From the NCBI GenBank assembly GCA_963745235.1, contig CAVUXE010000033.1:1-64000 (forward strand): a DNA stretch of 64,000 nt, given 5' to 3'. Below the pieces are notes generated by a model, which was not told the DNA's origin, searched no databases, and worked only from the letters and a program-made list of their open reading frames with translations. The position numbers and the translations under genes were made by a program. The stretch's first letter is position 1. Each line of letters starts with the position of its first letter. The stretch comes from an uncultured Spirochaetota bacterium (GTDB lineage Bacteria > Spirochaetota > Spirochaetia > SZUA-6 > Fen-1364). Below, in pieces: positions 28,895-40,478 of this stretch.

Positions 28895-29521
28895 CTACCT
28901 TTCGTGTTTCTTCTTCTTGAGACGCTTGAGGCGGAAGATGTCCTCCCGCTCACGCTGGTCAAGCGTTGCCCGAATGAACTGCACCTGCTCTGACAATTCC
29001 GGCAGCACTCTCTGCTCCAGTGCATTCACCCGGCGGGAGGTCCTCCTGATTTCCTCCGCGAGGCGGCGCATCTTGCGGTCAAGCGGCGCCACCAGGATCA
29101 CCCCCGCAAGCACCTCTTCAAACCGCTCCGCCGACTCGTCGATCCTGGCGCTCGTATCCAGCGGCGAATAAGGGCGCTCGGCCGCGGTATGGGCGCGCCA
29201 TGCCGTGGTAACGTCCACCACGCGCACGCCCCAGATGTTGCGCTCCTCCAACCCCACCGTCACCCCGCGCCCTGCCGCCAGTCCGGCGGAGGCCACGGCC
29301 TCGGGGCCATCCAGGGAAAGCGCGCGGATGAGCGCCCGCTTGGCGTGCAGGAGGGACTTTCGCATCGAATCCCGTGCCGTGTTGAACCGGGGCAGCTCGG
29401 AGAGAAACTCCCGCACCAGCGCTTCCCTTTTCCCGCGCAGGAGCTCGGCGCCCTGCGCGGCGATCCTGATCCGGGCCCGCCGGTTGAGAAGCTCCGTCCT
29501 GGTGGCATTGACCTGCTCCAC
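28895..29521 (-). CDS. ntpD: V/A-type ATP synthase subunit D
   Basis: ATRTELL, LLRGKREAL, EIRRTSRRVNALE, EREDIFRLK. Confidence 0.93.
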   Translation of the reverse strand: MEQVNATRTELLNRRARIRIAAQGAELLRGKREALVREFLSELPRFNTARDSMRKSLLHAKRALIRALSLDGPEAVASAGLAAGRGVTVGLEERNIWGVRVVDVTTAWRAHTAAERPYSPLDTSARIDESAERFEEVLAGVILVAPLDRKMRRLAEEIRRTSRRVNALEQRVLPELSEQVQFIRATLDQREREDIFRLKRLKKKKHER

Positions 29522-30913
29522 TCAGGCCTCTTTCCCGGCAAACGTTTCGATGAGCTCTTTCCTGATCCGCCGGTATTCCGAGTGCGGGATTCCTCCCAGG
29601 GTCTTCCATCCCAGGTCCAGGGTCTCCTCGATGGGGCGCTCCTGGTCCCCCTGGTGCACGAGCTCATGCTCGAAGGCCTCGGCAAAGCCGAGGTACTTCC
29701 TGTCCATGTCGCTCAGGGCCTCCTCTCCGATTATGGCAACGAGCCGCCGGATGTCCTGACCCTCCGCGTAACAGGAGTAGAGCTGGTTTGCCAGCTCGCG
29801 ATGGTCTTCCCGCGTGACGCCGGGGCCTATTCCATTGTTCATGAGGCGGGAGAGGGAAGAAAGCACGTCAATGGGGGGAAAGACTCCGCGCCTGTGCAGC
29901 TGGCGCGAAAGCACGATCTGGCCTTCCGTGATATAGCCCGTCAGGTCCGGGATGGGGTGCGTGATGTCGTCATCCGGCATGGTGAGAATGGGGAGCAGCG
30001 TGACGGAACCCTTGCGTCCGCGCAGGCGGCCCGCGCGCTCGTACAGCGTCGCCAGGTCTGTGTACATGTAACCGGGGTATCCCCGCCTGCCGGGAATCTC
30101 CTCCCGTGCCGTACCGATCTCCCGCAGGGCCTCGCAATAGCTGGTCATGTCGGTGAGGAGGACGAGCACTTCATAGCCCAGCTCGAAGGCAAGGTACTCC
30201 GCGGTGGTCAGCGCCGACCGGGGCGTGAGCAGTCTCTCGATGGTCGGGTCATCAGCAAGGTTGATGAAGCTCACCAGCCTGCTCTGGGCGCCGCTCCTTT
30301 CGAACTCCGACATGAAGAAGCTCTTTTCACGCTGCGTGATGCCGATGGCGGCAAAGACCGTGACAAATCGCTCCTGCTCTCCGAGGACGCGGGACTGGAG
30401 AAGGATCCGGGCGGCAATCTCGTTCGCGGGAAGCCCCGCCCCGGAGAAGATGGGCAGCTTCTGACCGCGCACCAGCGTGTTGAACCCGTCAATTGCGGAA
30501 AGGCCTGTCTGCACGAAGTCACGGGGCTTGTCCCGGGAGACCGGGTTCATGGGGGTGCCGCCAATCGGCCGCTTCTCCAGCGCAAGGCCGGGGGGAAGTC
30601 CATCCAGGGGCCGGCCCGCTCCATCCATGACCCTGCCGATCAGCTCTTCGCTCACGCCAAGACGCGCTTCGCGCTCGCGCAGCGACACCGACGTCCCAGA
30701 CACATCCAACCCCATTGTGTCCTCGAAGACCTGGACCACTGCGAGGTCTTCTGACACTTCGATGACCTGCCCGCTCCTGCGGCTGCCGTCGGATGCCGTG
30801 ATGTCCACCATGGCCCCGTAGGGCAGGTCAATTGTCCGCTCCAGGAACAGGAGGGGGCCCGAGATGCGTCGCGCGCCCAGCGTCTCCGTGCGCATGAGGC
30901 TCGGGCCGCTCAT
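29522..30913 (-). CDS. ntpB: V/A-type ATP synthase subunit B
   Basis: [45 protein letters not shown]. Confidence 0.96.
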   Translation of the reverse strand: MSGPSLMRTETLGARRISGPLLFLERTIDLPYGAMVDITASDGSRRSGQVIEVSEDLAVVQVFEDTMGLDVSGTSVSLREREARLGVSEELIGRVMDGAGRPLDGLPPGLALEKRPIGGTPMNPVSRDKPRDFVQTGLSAIDGFNTLVRGQKLPIFSGAGLPANEIAARILLQSRVLGEQERFVTVFAAIGITQREKSFFMSEFERSGAQSRLVSFINLADDPTIERLLTPRSALTTAEYLAFELGYEVLVLLTDMTSYCEALREIGTAREEIPGRRGYPGYMYTDLATLYERAGRLRGRKGSVTLLPILTMPDDDITHPIPDLTGYITEGQIVLSRQLHRRGVFPPIDVLSSLSRLMNNGIGPGVTREDHRELANQLYSCYAEGQDIRRLVAIIGEEALSDMDRKYLGFAEAFEHELVHQGDQERPIEETLDLGWKTLGGIPHSEYRRIRKELIETFAGKEA

Positions 30914-32665
30914 GGCTGATTCTCCTTCACGAGGGATTGGATTGCTCGACGCAATCGGTCTTCCACGTCTTTTCTGACACGCGGGAAATCCGCCTCCGAG
31001 GCTTCGCGCAGGCGCGCCGCCTCTTCACGCTCTGGCAGGGCAAGGATGGCGGAAAGAGCAACATGCTGCCCGACTGCGTCCCGGGCCATGTCGTGGAATG
31101 CCAGGAGGAGCGTCAACATGCCGTTCTGTTTTGGCAGGGAGCAGGTCGCGTCCGTCTCCGACACGGAGCTCTGCTGGAGAAAACCCTCCCGCAGCATCCT
31201 GCTCACCTCCAGGAGGAGCCTGTCATTTTCCTGCAGGGCGTCAGGGCCCACCAGCTGGACCACCTCCTGCAGCTCAGTCTCTTTCTGGAGGATCTCCATG
31301 AGCCGCGCCCTGTTGTCCGGCCACTCGGGGCCAACGTGCTGTCGGTACCATTGCGAGAGCCTGTCGAAATACAGGGTGTAGCTGCGGTGCCAGCTGATGG
31401 CAGGGAAATGCCGCCGGTGGGCCAGGGGGGAATCGAGCGCCCACAAGGCGCCCGTGACCCGCATTGTGCTCTGCGTGACGGGCTCCGAAAAGTCACCCCC
31501 TGGCGGGGAAACCGCCCCCACGATGGTGACGGAGCCGGTGAGCTCATGCCCGAGGCACTGCGCGGTTCCCGCGCGCTCGTAGAAGGAGGCCAGGCGCGAT
31601 GCGAGATATGTCGGGTATCCCTCTTCTCCGGGCATCTCCTCCAGCCGGGAGGAGATTTCCCGGAGCGCCTCCGCCCAGCGCGAGGAGGAATCCACCATGA
31701 CGGCAACCGCGTATCCCATGTCCCGGAAGTATTCGGCGATTGTCACCCCGACGAATATCGAGGCCTCGCGGGCCGCCACCGGGCATGTTGGACGTGTTCA
31801 CGATGAGCACCGTGCGGTCCATGAGCGGGCCCCCGGTCCTCGGATCCATCAGGTGGGGGAACTCCGTGAGCACGTCGGTCATCTCGTTGCCCCGCTCCCC
31901 GCATCCCACGTAGACGATCACGTCCGCCGCGGAGAACTTGGCAAGGGACTGCTCCAGCACCGTCTTGCCGGTGCCGAAGCCGCCGGGCAGGCATGCGATG
32001 CCGCCCTGCGCAATCGGGAACAGGCAGTCCAGGATCCGTTGCCCTGTCACGAACGGCGCCTCCGCGCTGATCTTTGCCCGGATGGGGCGGGGGACCTTTG
32101 CCGGCCATCTCTGGGCCATGGTCACTTCGCGCCCATCTTCCAGGCGGGCGACACTGTCCTTCACGGTGAGCTCTCCCTGGCGGACCTCTGCAACCACGCC
32201 GCTCATCCCCGGAGGGACCATGATCCTGTGCTCCAGCGCGGCCGTTTCCCGGACCGTGCCGAGTATGCTTCCGGGCTCAACGACATCCCCGGGCTTCACG
32301 ACGGGTTGAAAGCGCCAGGGCTTGTCCGACGGCAAGGCATCCACCGTGAGGCCCCGGCCGATGAAGGGGCCGCTCTCCTGCTCCAGCCTCTTGAGAGGGC
32401 GCTGGATGCCGTCATAGACATTCCCCAGGAGGCCGGGCCCGAGAGTTATGAGCATCGGCTCCCCCGTGCAGCTGACCGGCTCTCCCACCGAGATCCCCGC
32501 GGTATCCTCGTAGGTCTGGACGTACGCGGTGTCCGCGTCCAGGCGGATGATCTCTCCCAGGAGCCCGGCTTTTCCCACCCGGACTACCTCGTGCATCTGC
32601 GCGCCGGAGACTGACCTGGCAATGACCATGGGGCCCGCAATCCTGGCAATTGTTCCCTGCATCAT
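30910..32665 (-). CDS. ntpA: V/A-type ATP synthase subunit A (frameshift near 31780)
   Basis: PGGFGTGKT Walker [15 protein letters not shown] | [26 protein letters not shown]. Confidence 0.95.
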
Positions 32666-32693
32666 TCCTGTCGGTTCACGCATGGTGTCAGCC

Positions 32694-33026
32694 TCACATC
32701 CGGATGTTGAGCTGGTACCCCACGGCGCGCCTGATCAACCCGGCCACGTATTCATCCGTGCGCATTCCCTCTCCTTCGCCCCATGTCAGGTCCCCCGGGA
32801 GGAGAACGAGGAGGGGAAGCGTCCTCTGGAGAAGGGATTCCCTCTCCCGTTCCGCCAGGCATTCGAAGAGCTCTTCATCCACGATGAGGATGCCGCAGTC
32901 GCGTGCGCTCGCCGCCGCAAGGATTGCCTCTTTCGCCGTGCTCCTGCCGGCCACCTCCACCGGGACCCCGGCGAGCGGGAAGCCGGCGCCCAGACCCTCG
33001 GCCAGCACGGCTCGAACGCTAGACAA
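32694..33026 (-). CDS. ntpF: V/A-type ATP synthase subunit F
   Basis: [21 protein letters not shown]; TTG start after AGGAG. Confidence 0.85.
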   Translation of the reverse strand: MSSVRAVLAEGLGAGFPLAGVPVEVAGRSTAKEAILAAASARDCGILIVDEELFECLAERERESLLQRTLPLLVLLPGDLTWGEGEGMRTDEYVAGLIRRAVGYQLNIRM

Positions 33027-34045
33027 GGAGGAGCTCCTGGCGGATGGAGTTTGCCGGGCATTCGAGCGCTCCTGCCGCGGCACAGCGCCCGCAGGTTCAC
33101 GACCTGGTTGTGCTTTCTCCAGAGGTAGCCGATGGGAACGGAAATGCTCAGGGGGTCCTGGCGATACAGGCGGCAGCCCGCGCGGATCACCATCTCTTCC
33201 AGGTATCTCTCCATGACGCCCAGGCTGCGCGACTCCCCGTATGCGAGGATCCCCTTCTCTATGCCCGGGGCGAAATACGATTCGTCAAGGACGCTGAACG
33301 CTTCTTCGAGGGTGGCGGACCCGAGGAGGCGTGAGAAAAACCTGGCGTTCAGCCGTCCCTCCGGGATGAGCTCGAATGGCTCGCGCTGATCCTCGTGCCT
33401 GATCAGGTCCAGCGCAGCCCTGATGTTCGACAGGTCGATCTGTTCCCCCAGGAGAGCACGAACGATCCGGCGGTCCTCCGCGCCCGATCCTTCAACGGAG
33501 AGCGCCCACGTGTAGTATGCCGCATACAGTCTCCTCTGCGGCCCCCGCCTCGCCAGCACCGCGTCATGAAGCTTGAACGCGAAAAGCCAGTTCCAGGTGG
33601 CGAGCTTCCGAGCAAGGGAGATGGGATCCGTGGACTGGGAAAGCTCCGCAAGCTGCGCTTCCGTGAAGGCGCCTGCCGGAAGGAGGGCGGCAGAAAGTTC
33701 GCGCGGAGTTGCCCTTGCCTCAATTCCCCTCAGCACTGCCAGCACGTTCTGAAGGTCCCAGCGCGCAAGCTGCGTGTCCAGCAGCTGCCGCGCGCCCTCG
33801 GGCGCCATTGAGCGGACTCGCGAAAACGAACGGACCAGGTCCCTGCGAAGCGCCAGATCAATGGCCGCCATTCCGGCCTCCTCCGCGAGCGCCTCCCGGA
33901 GGGCCGGCCCGAAAGGGGAGGCAAGCAGCGCATCCATGGGCAGCTCTTCGGAGGCGAAGCTCAGCATCTGCTCGAAGAGCTCATTGGGGAGGAGATCCGC
34001 TCCCATGGCCCTGACCCGTGCGTTCAGGTAGTCGCACTCACCCAT
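33019..34045 (-). CDS. ntpC: V/A-type ATP synthase subunit C/d (frameshift near 3' end)
   Basis: YLNARVRAM, RWDLQN, IDLSNI, EVVNLR-like motif QVVNLR. Confidence 0.88.
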
Positions 34046-34635
34046 TGAGGCAGCGCGCAACGCGCGTTTCCAGCTGCGTTTCCGCTTTTGCCACGCGGAC
34101 GGCGAGGCTGTTGTCCACCCTGATCCTCCCGTCCGCGGATGATGCGACCACCGTGCCGGGGCCAAGGTCCATGCCTGTCACCTGGCAGCTCTTCCCCAAC
34201 GCGCGGAGGATGTCCCTGCACATCTCCTGGTCTTCGCGCGCCACCGAGATCACGGCAGCCCGCGGCACGGCTTCCAGGGCCTCCCTGACGAGCGCCTTCA
34301 TTGCCTCCGAGTAGCGGGGGGAGCGGACGAGCGAGTCGATCCTCTGGCGCGCAATCTCGAATACGCGCTCGTACGCGCGGCGCATGCCGCGAAGGCGATC
34401 CGCCTGGACGTCCATGCGCGCCCGGCCCAGCAGCCGGTCCTCATCCACGTGGGCGCGCTTTTCCATGAGGCGTGAGGCTTCTTCCGTGGCCCTTTGGATC
34501 ATCACGTCAGCGGCTGCAAGGACCTGGTTTGCCTTGTCCTGCGCCTCCGCGATGATCTTCAGCTTTTCGGCCTCTGCCTCCCGGTCGATCTCTTCGACCA
34601 GGGCCTCGGCATCCTGCAGGTCTATCCCCGGTCAC
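34038..34635 (-). CDS. ntpE: V/A-type ATP synthase subunit E (start obscured by indel)
   Basis: In-frame upstream LQDAEALVEEIDREAEAEKLKIIAEAQ coiled coil; C-terminal GTVVASSADGRIRVDNSL. Confidence 0.82.
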
Positions 34636-34970
34636 AGCGCGAAGATGAGGACGACGGCGACCACGAACCCCAGGATGACCATCGTTTCAGGGATGGCGAT
34701 GAGAAGGATGATGGTCCCGGCGGTATCCGGCTTCTCCGCGATCGTCCCGCACCCGGCGGCGCCTATCCTGCTCTGGGCTATCGCGGTTCCGAAAGCCGGC
34801 AAGCCGATGGCGAGCGCCGCGGCAATCGCTATCAAGGCCCCGGGGATGGTCCTGTCCTTGGGTACCAGGTTTGCCTGGTCCGCGGCGTCAGCCGCCCACG
34901 CGGCCCCGGCCCCGATGAAGAGCAGCACCAGCGCTGCCAGGCCGCAGATCACGATCCGTTGCTTTTTCAT
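34632..34970 (-). CDS. ntpK: V/A-type ATP synthase subunit K/c (single hairpin with N-terminal leader)
   Basis: GTAIAQSRIGAAG..IAE, IPETMVILGF (ion-carrying Glu). Confidence 0.92.
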   Translation of the reverse strand: MKKQRIVICGLAALVLLFIGAGAAWAADAADQANLVPKDRTIPGALIAIAAALAIGLPAFGTAIAQSRIGAAGCGTIAEKPDTAGTIILLIAIPETMVILGFVVAVVLIFAL

Positions 34971-36926
34971 GCGAGCTCACCTCCGATCTTTCGAAGCGGA
35001 GAGAATCTTTTCCCGCCGCTTGCGTAGAACTTCGAAAAAAACTCGACATACTGGAGGCGCAGGCCCTGGATTGCGGGATCAATGATCCCCAGGGCCAGGT
35101 TGAGGGCGTGGATCAGGAAGACGACCACGATGGCGAATGCGATATTGGCGATCATTCCGGAGAACAGGTTGGCAAGCAGTCCCAGGACCACGGAAGCCAG
35201 GCCAATTGCCATTATCCGCGCGTAGGAAAGGATGTTCCCTATTGTGCTGAGGACCTCCAGGGGCAGGAGGAGACCATGGGAAGGCTTTCGCACCACCTGG
35301 TAACCGAGGACCGCGGCAAAGAGGATTGCCATGACAATTGCCGCCTTGGTGAACGGGGGCGGAAGGAACCCCATCATGCGTCCAACGACCAGGAGGAGCA
35401 GGAGGATGCCCAGGATCCGCGCAATGCTCCCCCACGCGTCGGCTGCATGGCCCCTTCTCCTGGCGTTGACCACTCCGAGGATAAGGCCAAGGATGATCTG
35501 AAAGATCCCAAGGGCGAGGGCCACGTACAAGTAGCCGAGGATCTCGCCTGTCATGTCCGCGCCACCAAGCGCCAGCCGTTCCTGCCACAAAGGCCGCAGC
35601 CCGAGTTGACGCCCCAGGGCGCCGAACATCTCTCCGAACACGAAGCCGAAGGCGACCGTGGAGAGAGCGCAGAGGAAAAAGATGACCGAGATCTTCCGCG
35701 GCAGCGTCCCTTTCTTTGCCAGCAGAAACAGGGCGGCTGAGCCGGCAAGGAGGATGGCGCCGTACCCGATATCCCCAAGCATGAGCCCGAACACGAGGGG
35801 GAAGAAGATGGACAGGGAAATGGTCGGATCGATTGTCCCATACCGGGGGAGCGAGAAGAAGGCCAGGAGGGGCTCGAAGAACCGTGATGGCGGGGGGTTT
35901 TCCAGAAGGACGGGCGGAGCTCCCATGTCCTTGCTGCGGAGGGTCCTCTCCACAACCGAGAAACCGAGGGCGGCGTGAAGAAGAGATCCAAGGCGCGTGA
36001 CCCTGTCCCGCGCCACCCAACCCCTGATGACGAACGTGTAGTCGGTGCGGGCGAACTTCGGGAGACTCTCGTAGCGGGCCAGGAGATTGTCGCACGCGAA
36101 CTTCATGGCCAGGAGGCACGGACCGTTCTGCTGGTAGAACTCATCCGCCTGTGACTGCAGGGCAAGAAGCTGTTCCTTCAACGTGGAAGACTCCCGAGCG
36201 ATGCCCGTGAACACTTCCGCAAAGGGCTTGTCTCGGGCGGAGCCGGGGAGCAGCATCTCCGCGACTCCCGCCCGCGCGAGAAAGGTTCGCACGGCGGCGC
36301 TGCGCGCGCGGGGGATTCCTATCAGGGCCGCTGTCCTCCCGCGGCTGATCCCTGCGGAGTGGTAGCTGAAGTTCCCTCCTGTCAGGGAGGCAAGCTCCTG
36401 GGAGAGCAGGGTCCTGGCAAGCTTGTTCCTGTCCTCGAAAATCACGCCGAGGTGCTCCCGGTCATCCGCAAGCTCTCCGACACGGACAAGCGGTGACAGG
36501 GCCCTGACAACTTCCTCGTACGCGGAAAGCAGCTGGAGGTCTTCTCTCATGTTGCTTTCCCGCCGCGCAAATGAACGAACCTTCGCGTGAAGAGACCGGG
36601 CGGTTGCGCTCATGGCGGTGACGGGCTGGCCGTCCCATTTCCTGTACTGGTCCACCAGGGCGTGCGAGGATCTGATGCTGCCGAGGACGGCCGGGCGGCA
36701 CGCGTGACAGCGACTCCTGGAGCACGCGTGAAAGAGACTCACAGTCATCCCTTTCCTCCCGGGCCGCGTCGGAAAGGTGGATGCGGTGCAGCGGCCTCTC
36801 CCCGTCACGCGCGGCAAGAGGGATTTCTTCCACGTGGAGCACGCCCGCCTCCTGGATGACCTGCACCGCGCGGTCGAACAGGGGCAGCGGACCCATGATC
36901 TCCACAATCGCCATGCGGGCAATCAT
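34967..36926 (-). CDS. ntpI: V/A-type ATP synthase subunit I/a (frameshifts in 5' part)
   Basis: MIARMAIVEIMG start; PRYGTIDPT, FGLMLGDIGYG, SYARIMAIGL, LRLQYVEFFSKFY. Confidence 0.93.
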
Positions 36927-37276
36927 CCGGGATCTCCCGGCCAGACCTCTCTGACCACCAGCGAGGCGGCCTCCTGGCAGTTTCCCTCCGCCCTTTTCAG
37001 GACCTCTTCCGCCTGGGATGCAAGCTCGAAGCGAAGTTTTTCCGCCCGACGATGGCTTTCAGCAAGGATCCCGGCCCGCCGCTGCTCCATGAGCGCTGGC
37101 AGCGCTTCCCGTGCCCTGCGCGTTCGCTCCGCGGCTGACTGCTCGGCGTCCATGATTATCTGGCGGGCTTCACGGGAGGCTTTCTCCAGATAGCTCTGGA
37201 GCCTGTCTTCCTCCCGGGAGATAGAAGGAACAAGGGATTCTTTTTCTTCGCGGTCGATCACCGGTTTTTTTGGCAT
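36923..37276 (-). CDS. V/A-type ATP synthase subunit G/H-like peripheral stalk
   Basis: Charged coiled coil (ASREARQIIMDAEQSA); first gene of the operon. Confidence 0.75.
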   Translation of the reverse strand: MPKKPVIDREEKESLVPSISREEDRLQSYLEKASREARQIIMDAEQSAAERTRRAREALPALMEQRRAGILAESHRRAEKLRFELASQAEEVLKRAEGNCQEAASLVVREVWPGDPG

Positions 37277-37425
37277 TGGCGCACCCTCAAGCCAAACCAG
37301 CAGCACGACCCCAGCTGTAACACGTTTTACTCGATGTCAGGTCGCAACAGCGCGCATCAGAATGGTAGCACACGGTTGACCGCACCGCAAGGAAAAAAGC
37401 GACTGGCTCTCACCTTTTCAAAGCA

Positions 37426-37593
37426 TCAATGAAAGTCCCTGATTTTTTCGTAACTGGTGATGTAGCGAAGCTCCTGCGCTATTGCCCCGAACCTTCGCTG
37501 GTCTCCCGCCGCCTGAAGCTCGAGGACCCGCGAGACCTGGTCCCGTGTCATGGCGCCGATCCGGATAAGGTATTCACCGATTTTCTCTGCCAC
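37426..37593 (-). CDS. Small stand-alone MshEN-like protein
   Basis: GGAGG RBS and GTG start; AEKIGEYLIRIGAMTRDQVSRVLELQ.....RRFGAIAQELRYIT resembles the RLGxxLxxxGxxxxxxLxxxLxxQ repeat. Confidence 0.6.
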   Translation of the reverse strand: MAEKIGEYLIRIGAMTRDQVSRVLELQAAGDQRRFGAIAQELRYITSYEKIRDFH

Positions 37594-37689
37594 TTGGAGC
37601 CTCCCATGAGGGACCCCCACATGGATGCTCAGCAAGGAGCCTGACTGGTCGACACCCGTGATTGTACCACACCGGGGCGGCAAGTCAAT

Positions 37690-38697
37690 TCAGGGTTGTT
37701 GCTTTTTGAAGGCGTCCTTGAGCTTCTCTCGAAGGCCCTCCGCCGCCTTGCCGACGGTGTCCCCGGCCTCCCGGGCAGCCTTCACCAGTGGATCCTCGCT
37801 CGCCTGGACCTTCGACTTGTAGTACTGGAAACCGTCCTTGACGTCCTCCTTTGTGTTGTCCTGCGTCATATCACGCCGTGGATAGTTGCCATCCAAGATG
37901 GCCTGGTACTGCCCGGAGGAGGCCCACGTCCTGAGCTCCTGGAGCCTGACCACGGGGAAGGGGTGGGTCTGGCCCATGGTGTTCAGCATCTTGAAGAAGC
38001 TGTCCATGACGCTTTTCTGATCTTCGTATTCCCGGGCCTGGAGGAAGAAATCATTGACATTCATCTGGGACAGATCATCTCCTCCGGCCATCTTCATGAG
38101 GAGGCTGTAGTTTTCCGTCTCGCTTTGCAGCGCAAGGAGGGCCGCGCGGTCCGCGCTGAGCTCGCTCTTCCTGTCCCATTCCTTGAGGGCAGCGAGGATG
38201 GCCTGAACGAGGATCCGGGGGATGGGCAGGGCGCTGAAGGAAACGGTGAGCAGCACCCAGAGCACGGTCTTGTAGATGCTGTGGCCGCACATGATGTGCC
38301 CCGCTTCGTGCGCCAGGACGCAGTACAGCTCATCATCGCTCAGCGCCTTGAGGACCGAGCTGTTGAGAACGATAAATGGCGCGCGCACCCCGATTGCGCC
38401 GGCATTGAAGAAGGGGTTGTTCGCGATGAAGACATCAGGAGTCGTCGGCCAGTCCATGACATCGATCACCCTGTCCAGCAGGACCTTCACCCGGTGGAAC
38501 TGCGCCTGGGTCACCTTGACGCAGCAGGAAATGTGGAGCAGGCGGATGGACCGCTCCATCGTTCCTCCGAACAGCATCTTCAACAGCTCATCCAGGCCCT
38601 TGACCTGCTTGAGCGCGCTGAGGGCCGCCTTGTCCGCGGGATGCTCCCATGCCGAGGGGCTGATGCCGGAGAGCTTTCGCGCACGTTGTGCGAGCAT
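37690..38697 (-). CDS. M48-family Zn metallopeptidase
   Basis: WEHPADKAAL, HEAGH, ELSADRA, THPFPVVR. Confidence 0.9.
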   Translation of the reverse strand: MLAQRARKLSGISPSAWEHPADKAALSALKQVKGLDELLKMLFGGTMERSIRLLHISCCVKVTQAQFHRVKVLLDRVIDVMDWPTTPDVFIANNPFFNAGAIGVRAPFIVLNSSVLKALSDDELYCVLAHEAGHIMCGHSIYKTVLWVLLTVSFSALPIPRILVQAILAALKEWDRKSELSADRAALLALQSETENYSLLMKMAGGDDLSQMNVNDFFLQAREYEDQKSVMDSFFKMLNTMGQTHPFPVVRLQELRTWASSGQYQAILDGNYPRRDMTQDNTKEDVKDGFQYYKSKVQASEDPLVKAAREAGDTVGKAAEGLREKLKDAFKKQQP

Positions 38698-38746
38698 GTG
38701 GCGCCTCCTGGCCCCAGTCTAGCGCGGCCCCGGGCGCTGTCAAGCT

Positions 38747-39580
38747 CTATCCCTTGAGACCGCTCAGCGTCATGGACTGGATAAAGAATCGCTGTGAGAA
38801 GGCGAAGACGAGCATGATGGGCAGTGAGCTGAGGACCGCCGCGGCCATGACCAGGGGATAGTCAGTGCTGTAGTAGCCCTGCATGTACGCCACGGCAAGG
38901 GTGAGGGTGCGCAGGCGCTCGGAATTGATGACGACAAGGGGCCAGAAGTAGCTGTTCCACGAGCCCACGAAAGTGAAAATCAGGAGGGCGGCCATGACAG
39001 GCATTGCAAGGGGCATGACGATGCGGGCGAACAGGATGAGCTCGTGCGCGCCATCTATCCGTCCCGCATCGAGCAGGTCCCCGGGAATTTCGTTGATGGT
39101 CTGGCGAAGGAGGAACACGCCAAAGGCACCGAGAAGGCCGGGGATGATGACCGCGCCGTACGTATTCAGAAGCCCCAGCGCGCGCATCATGATGTAGAGA
39201 GGGATCATGATCAGCTCGAAGGGCAGCAGCATGGTTCCCAGGATGAAGACAAACACGGCGTTCTTGCCGGCGAAGGAGTACTTCGATGAGAGGGCGAAGC
39301 CGGTGAGCGTGGCGAAGAAGACGCTGGACAGGGAAACCACGACGGATATGACGATGCTGTTCATGTAGTAGCGCGCAAAGGGCTGCTCCAGGACGAGCCT
39401 TCCGTAGGCCTCCGCGTTTGCCTGGTGCGGCAGCCAATGGATGGGCACGGCGAAGAACTCCGTGTGCCTCATGAACGAAGAGGATACCATCCAGAGCAGG
39501 GGGACCAGCACCGCGATCCCCAGCGCCAGGATGAGCGCATAGCGGAGCACGCGGAGCAGCACGCCCGTGAGCCTTTCCAT
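38747..39580 (-). CDS. Carbohydrate ABC transporter permease (MalG-like)
   Basis: DLLDAGRIDGA EAA loop, WNSYFWP. Confidence 0.92.
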   Translation of the reverse strand: MERLTGVLLRVLRYALILALGIAVLVPLLWMVSSSFMRHTEFFAVPIHWLPHQANAEAYGRLVLEQPFARYYMNSIVISVVVSLSSVFFATLTGFALSSKYSFAGKNAVFVFILGTMLLPFELIMIPLYIMMRALGLLNTYGAVIIPGLLGAFGVFLLRQTINEIPGDLLDAGRIDGAHELILFARIVMPLAMPVMAALLIFTFVGSWNSYFWPLVVINSERLRTLTLAVAYMQGYYSTDYPLVMAAAVLSSLPIMLVFAFSQRFFIQSMTLSGLKG

Positions 39581-39585
39581 CCCGT

Positions 39586-40472
39586 TCAGTCTCTCCCGGC
39601 CGGAACAGCCGGAACTGCAGCACCGTCACGAGCACGATCGCCGCGCACATGATGAGGGAAGCAGCCGCGGCCCTGCCCATGCGAAGGAACTTGAAAGCGG
39701 TTTCATAGATGAACAGGGTCAGGACGTATGTTGCCCGCGCCGGACCCCCGGCCGTCATCACCTGGAAGGGATCGAACTCCTTGATCGCCCCAATGAAGTT
39801 TACCGTGGCGATGAACAGGCTCGTGGAGCGCATCAGCGGGAACGTGACCGAACGGAAACGCTGGATTGCGTTTGCCCCGTCCATGTCAGCGGCTTCATAA
39901 TACGTCTCCGGGATGGCGTTCAGGCCCGTCAGGAAAAGGACCACGTAGAAGCCGAACGACTTCCAGAAGGCGGTGGCGATGATGCCCCAAAGCGCCGTGC
40001 CAGGATACGTGAGCACGTTTACCGGATAGGAGAGTCCCACGAGGCCCAGCAGGAACCCGATGGGGCCCGGGGAGAGATAGAAGATCTTCCAGATGGCCGA
40101 CACGACCACCCAGGGAAGAATGACGGGCAGGAAGAACACGGCACGTCCGATGCCAAGCACGGGGCGGGAGCGGAAGAGAAGCAGGGCCACCAGGAAGGGC
40201 AGGACGTAGTTCGCCACCCCGATGACGACGACATAGATTGCCGTCACCTTCACCGAGCCCAGGAAGATGCCCTGTTGGAACAGCGTTGCGTAATTGTGCA
40301 GGCCGCTCCACACGGGCGGCGTGAAGAGATTGTAGTCGGTGAAAGAGATGCCGATTGTGCGGACGGTGGGATAGATGAAAATCCCGATGAAATAGGCCAG
40401 GCCGGGGATCACGAAGATCAATCCCCACACGTCCCAGGGGCGTTTGAACAGCCTGGCCCGTCCTGAGGTCAC
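39586..40472 (-). CDS. Carbohydrate ABC transporter permease (MalF-like; stop shifted by indel)
   Basis: YEAADMDGA, TAGGP; the track ORF reads through because of a probable indel near 39595. Confidence 0.9.
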
Positions 40473-40478
40473 CGGCTC

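Noticed and set aside
29189-30754. 521-aa plus-strand ORF over ATPase B/D
   Set aside because: Antisense shadow of conserved genes.
38862-40472. 536-aa permease with long C-terminal extension
   Set aside because: The extension overlaps the next permease out of frame; an indel near 39595 hides the stop at ~39586.
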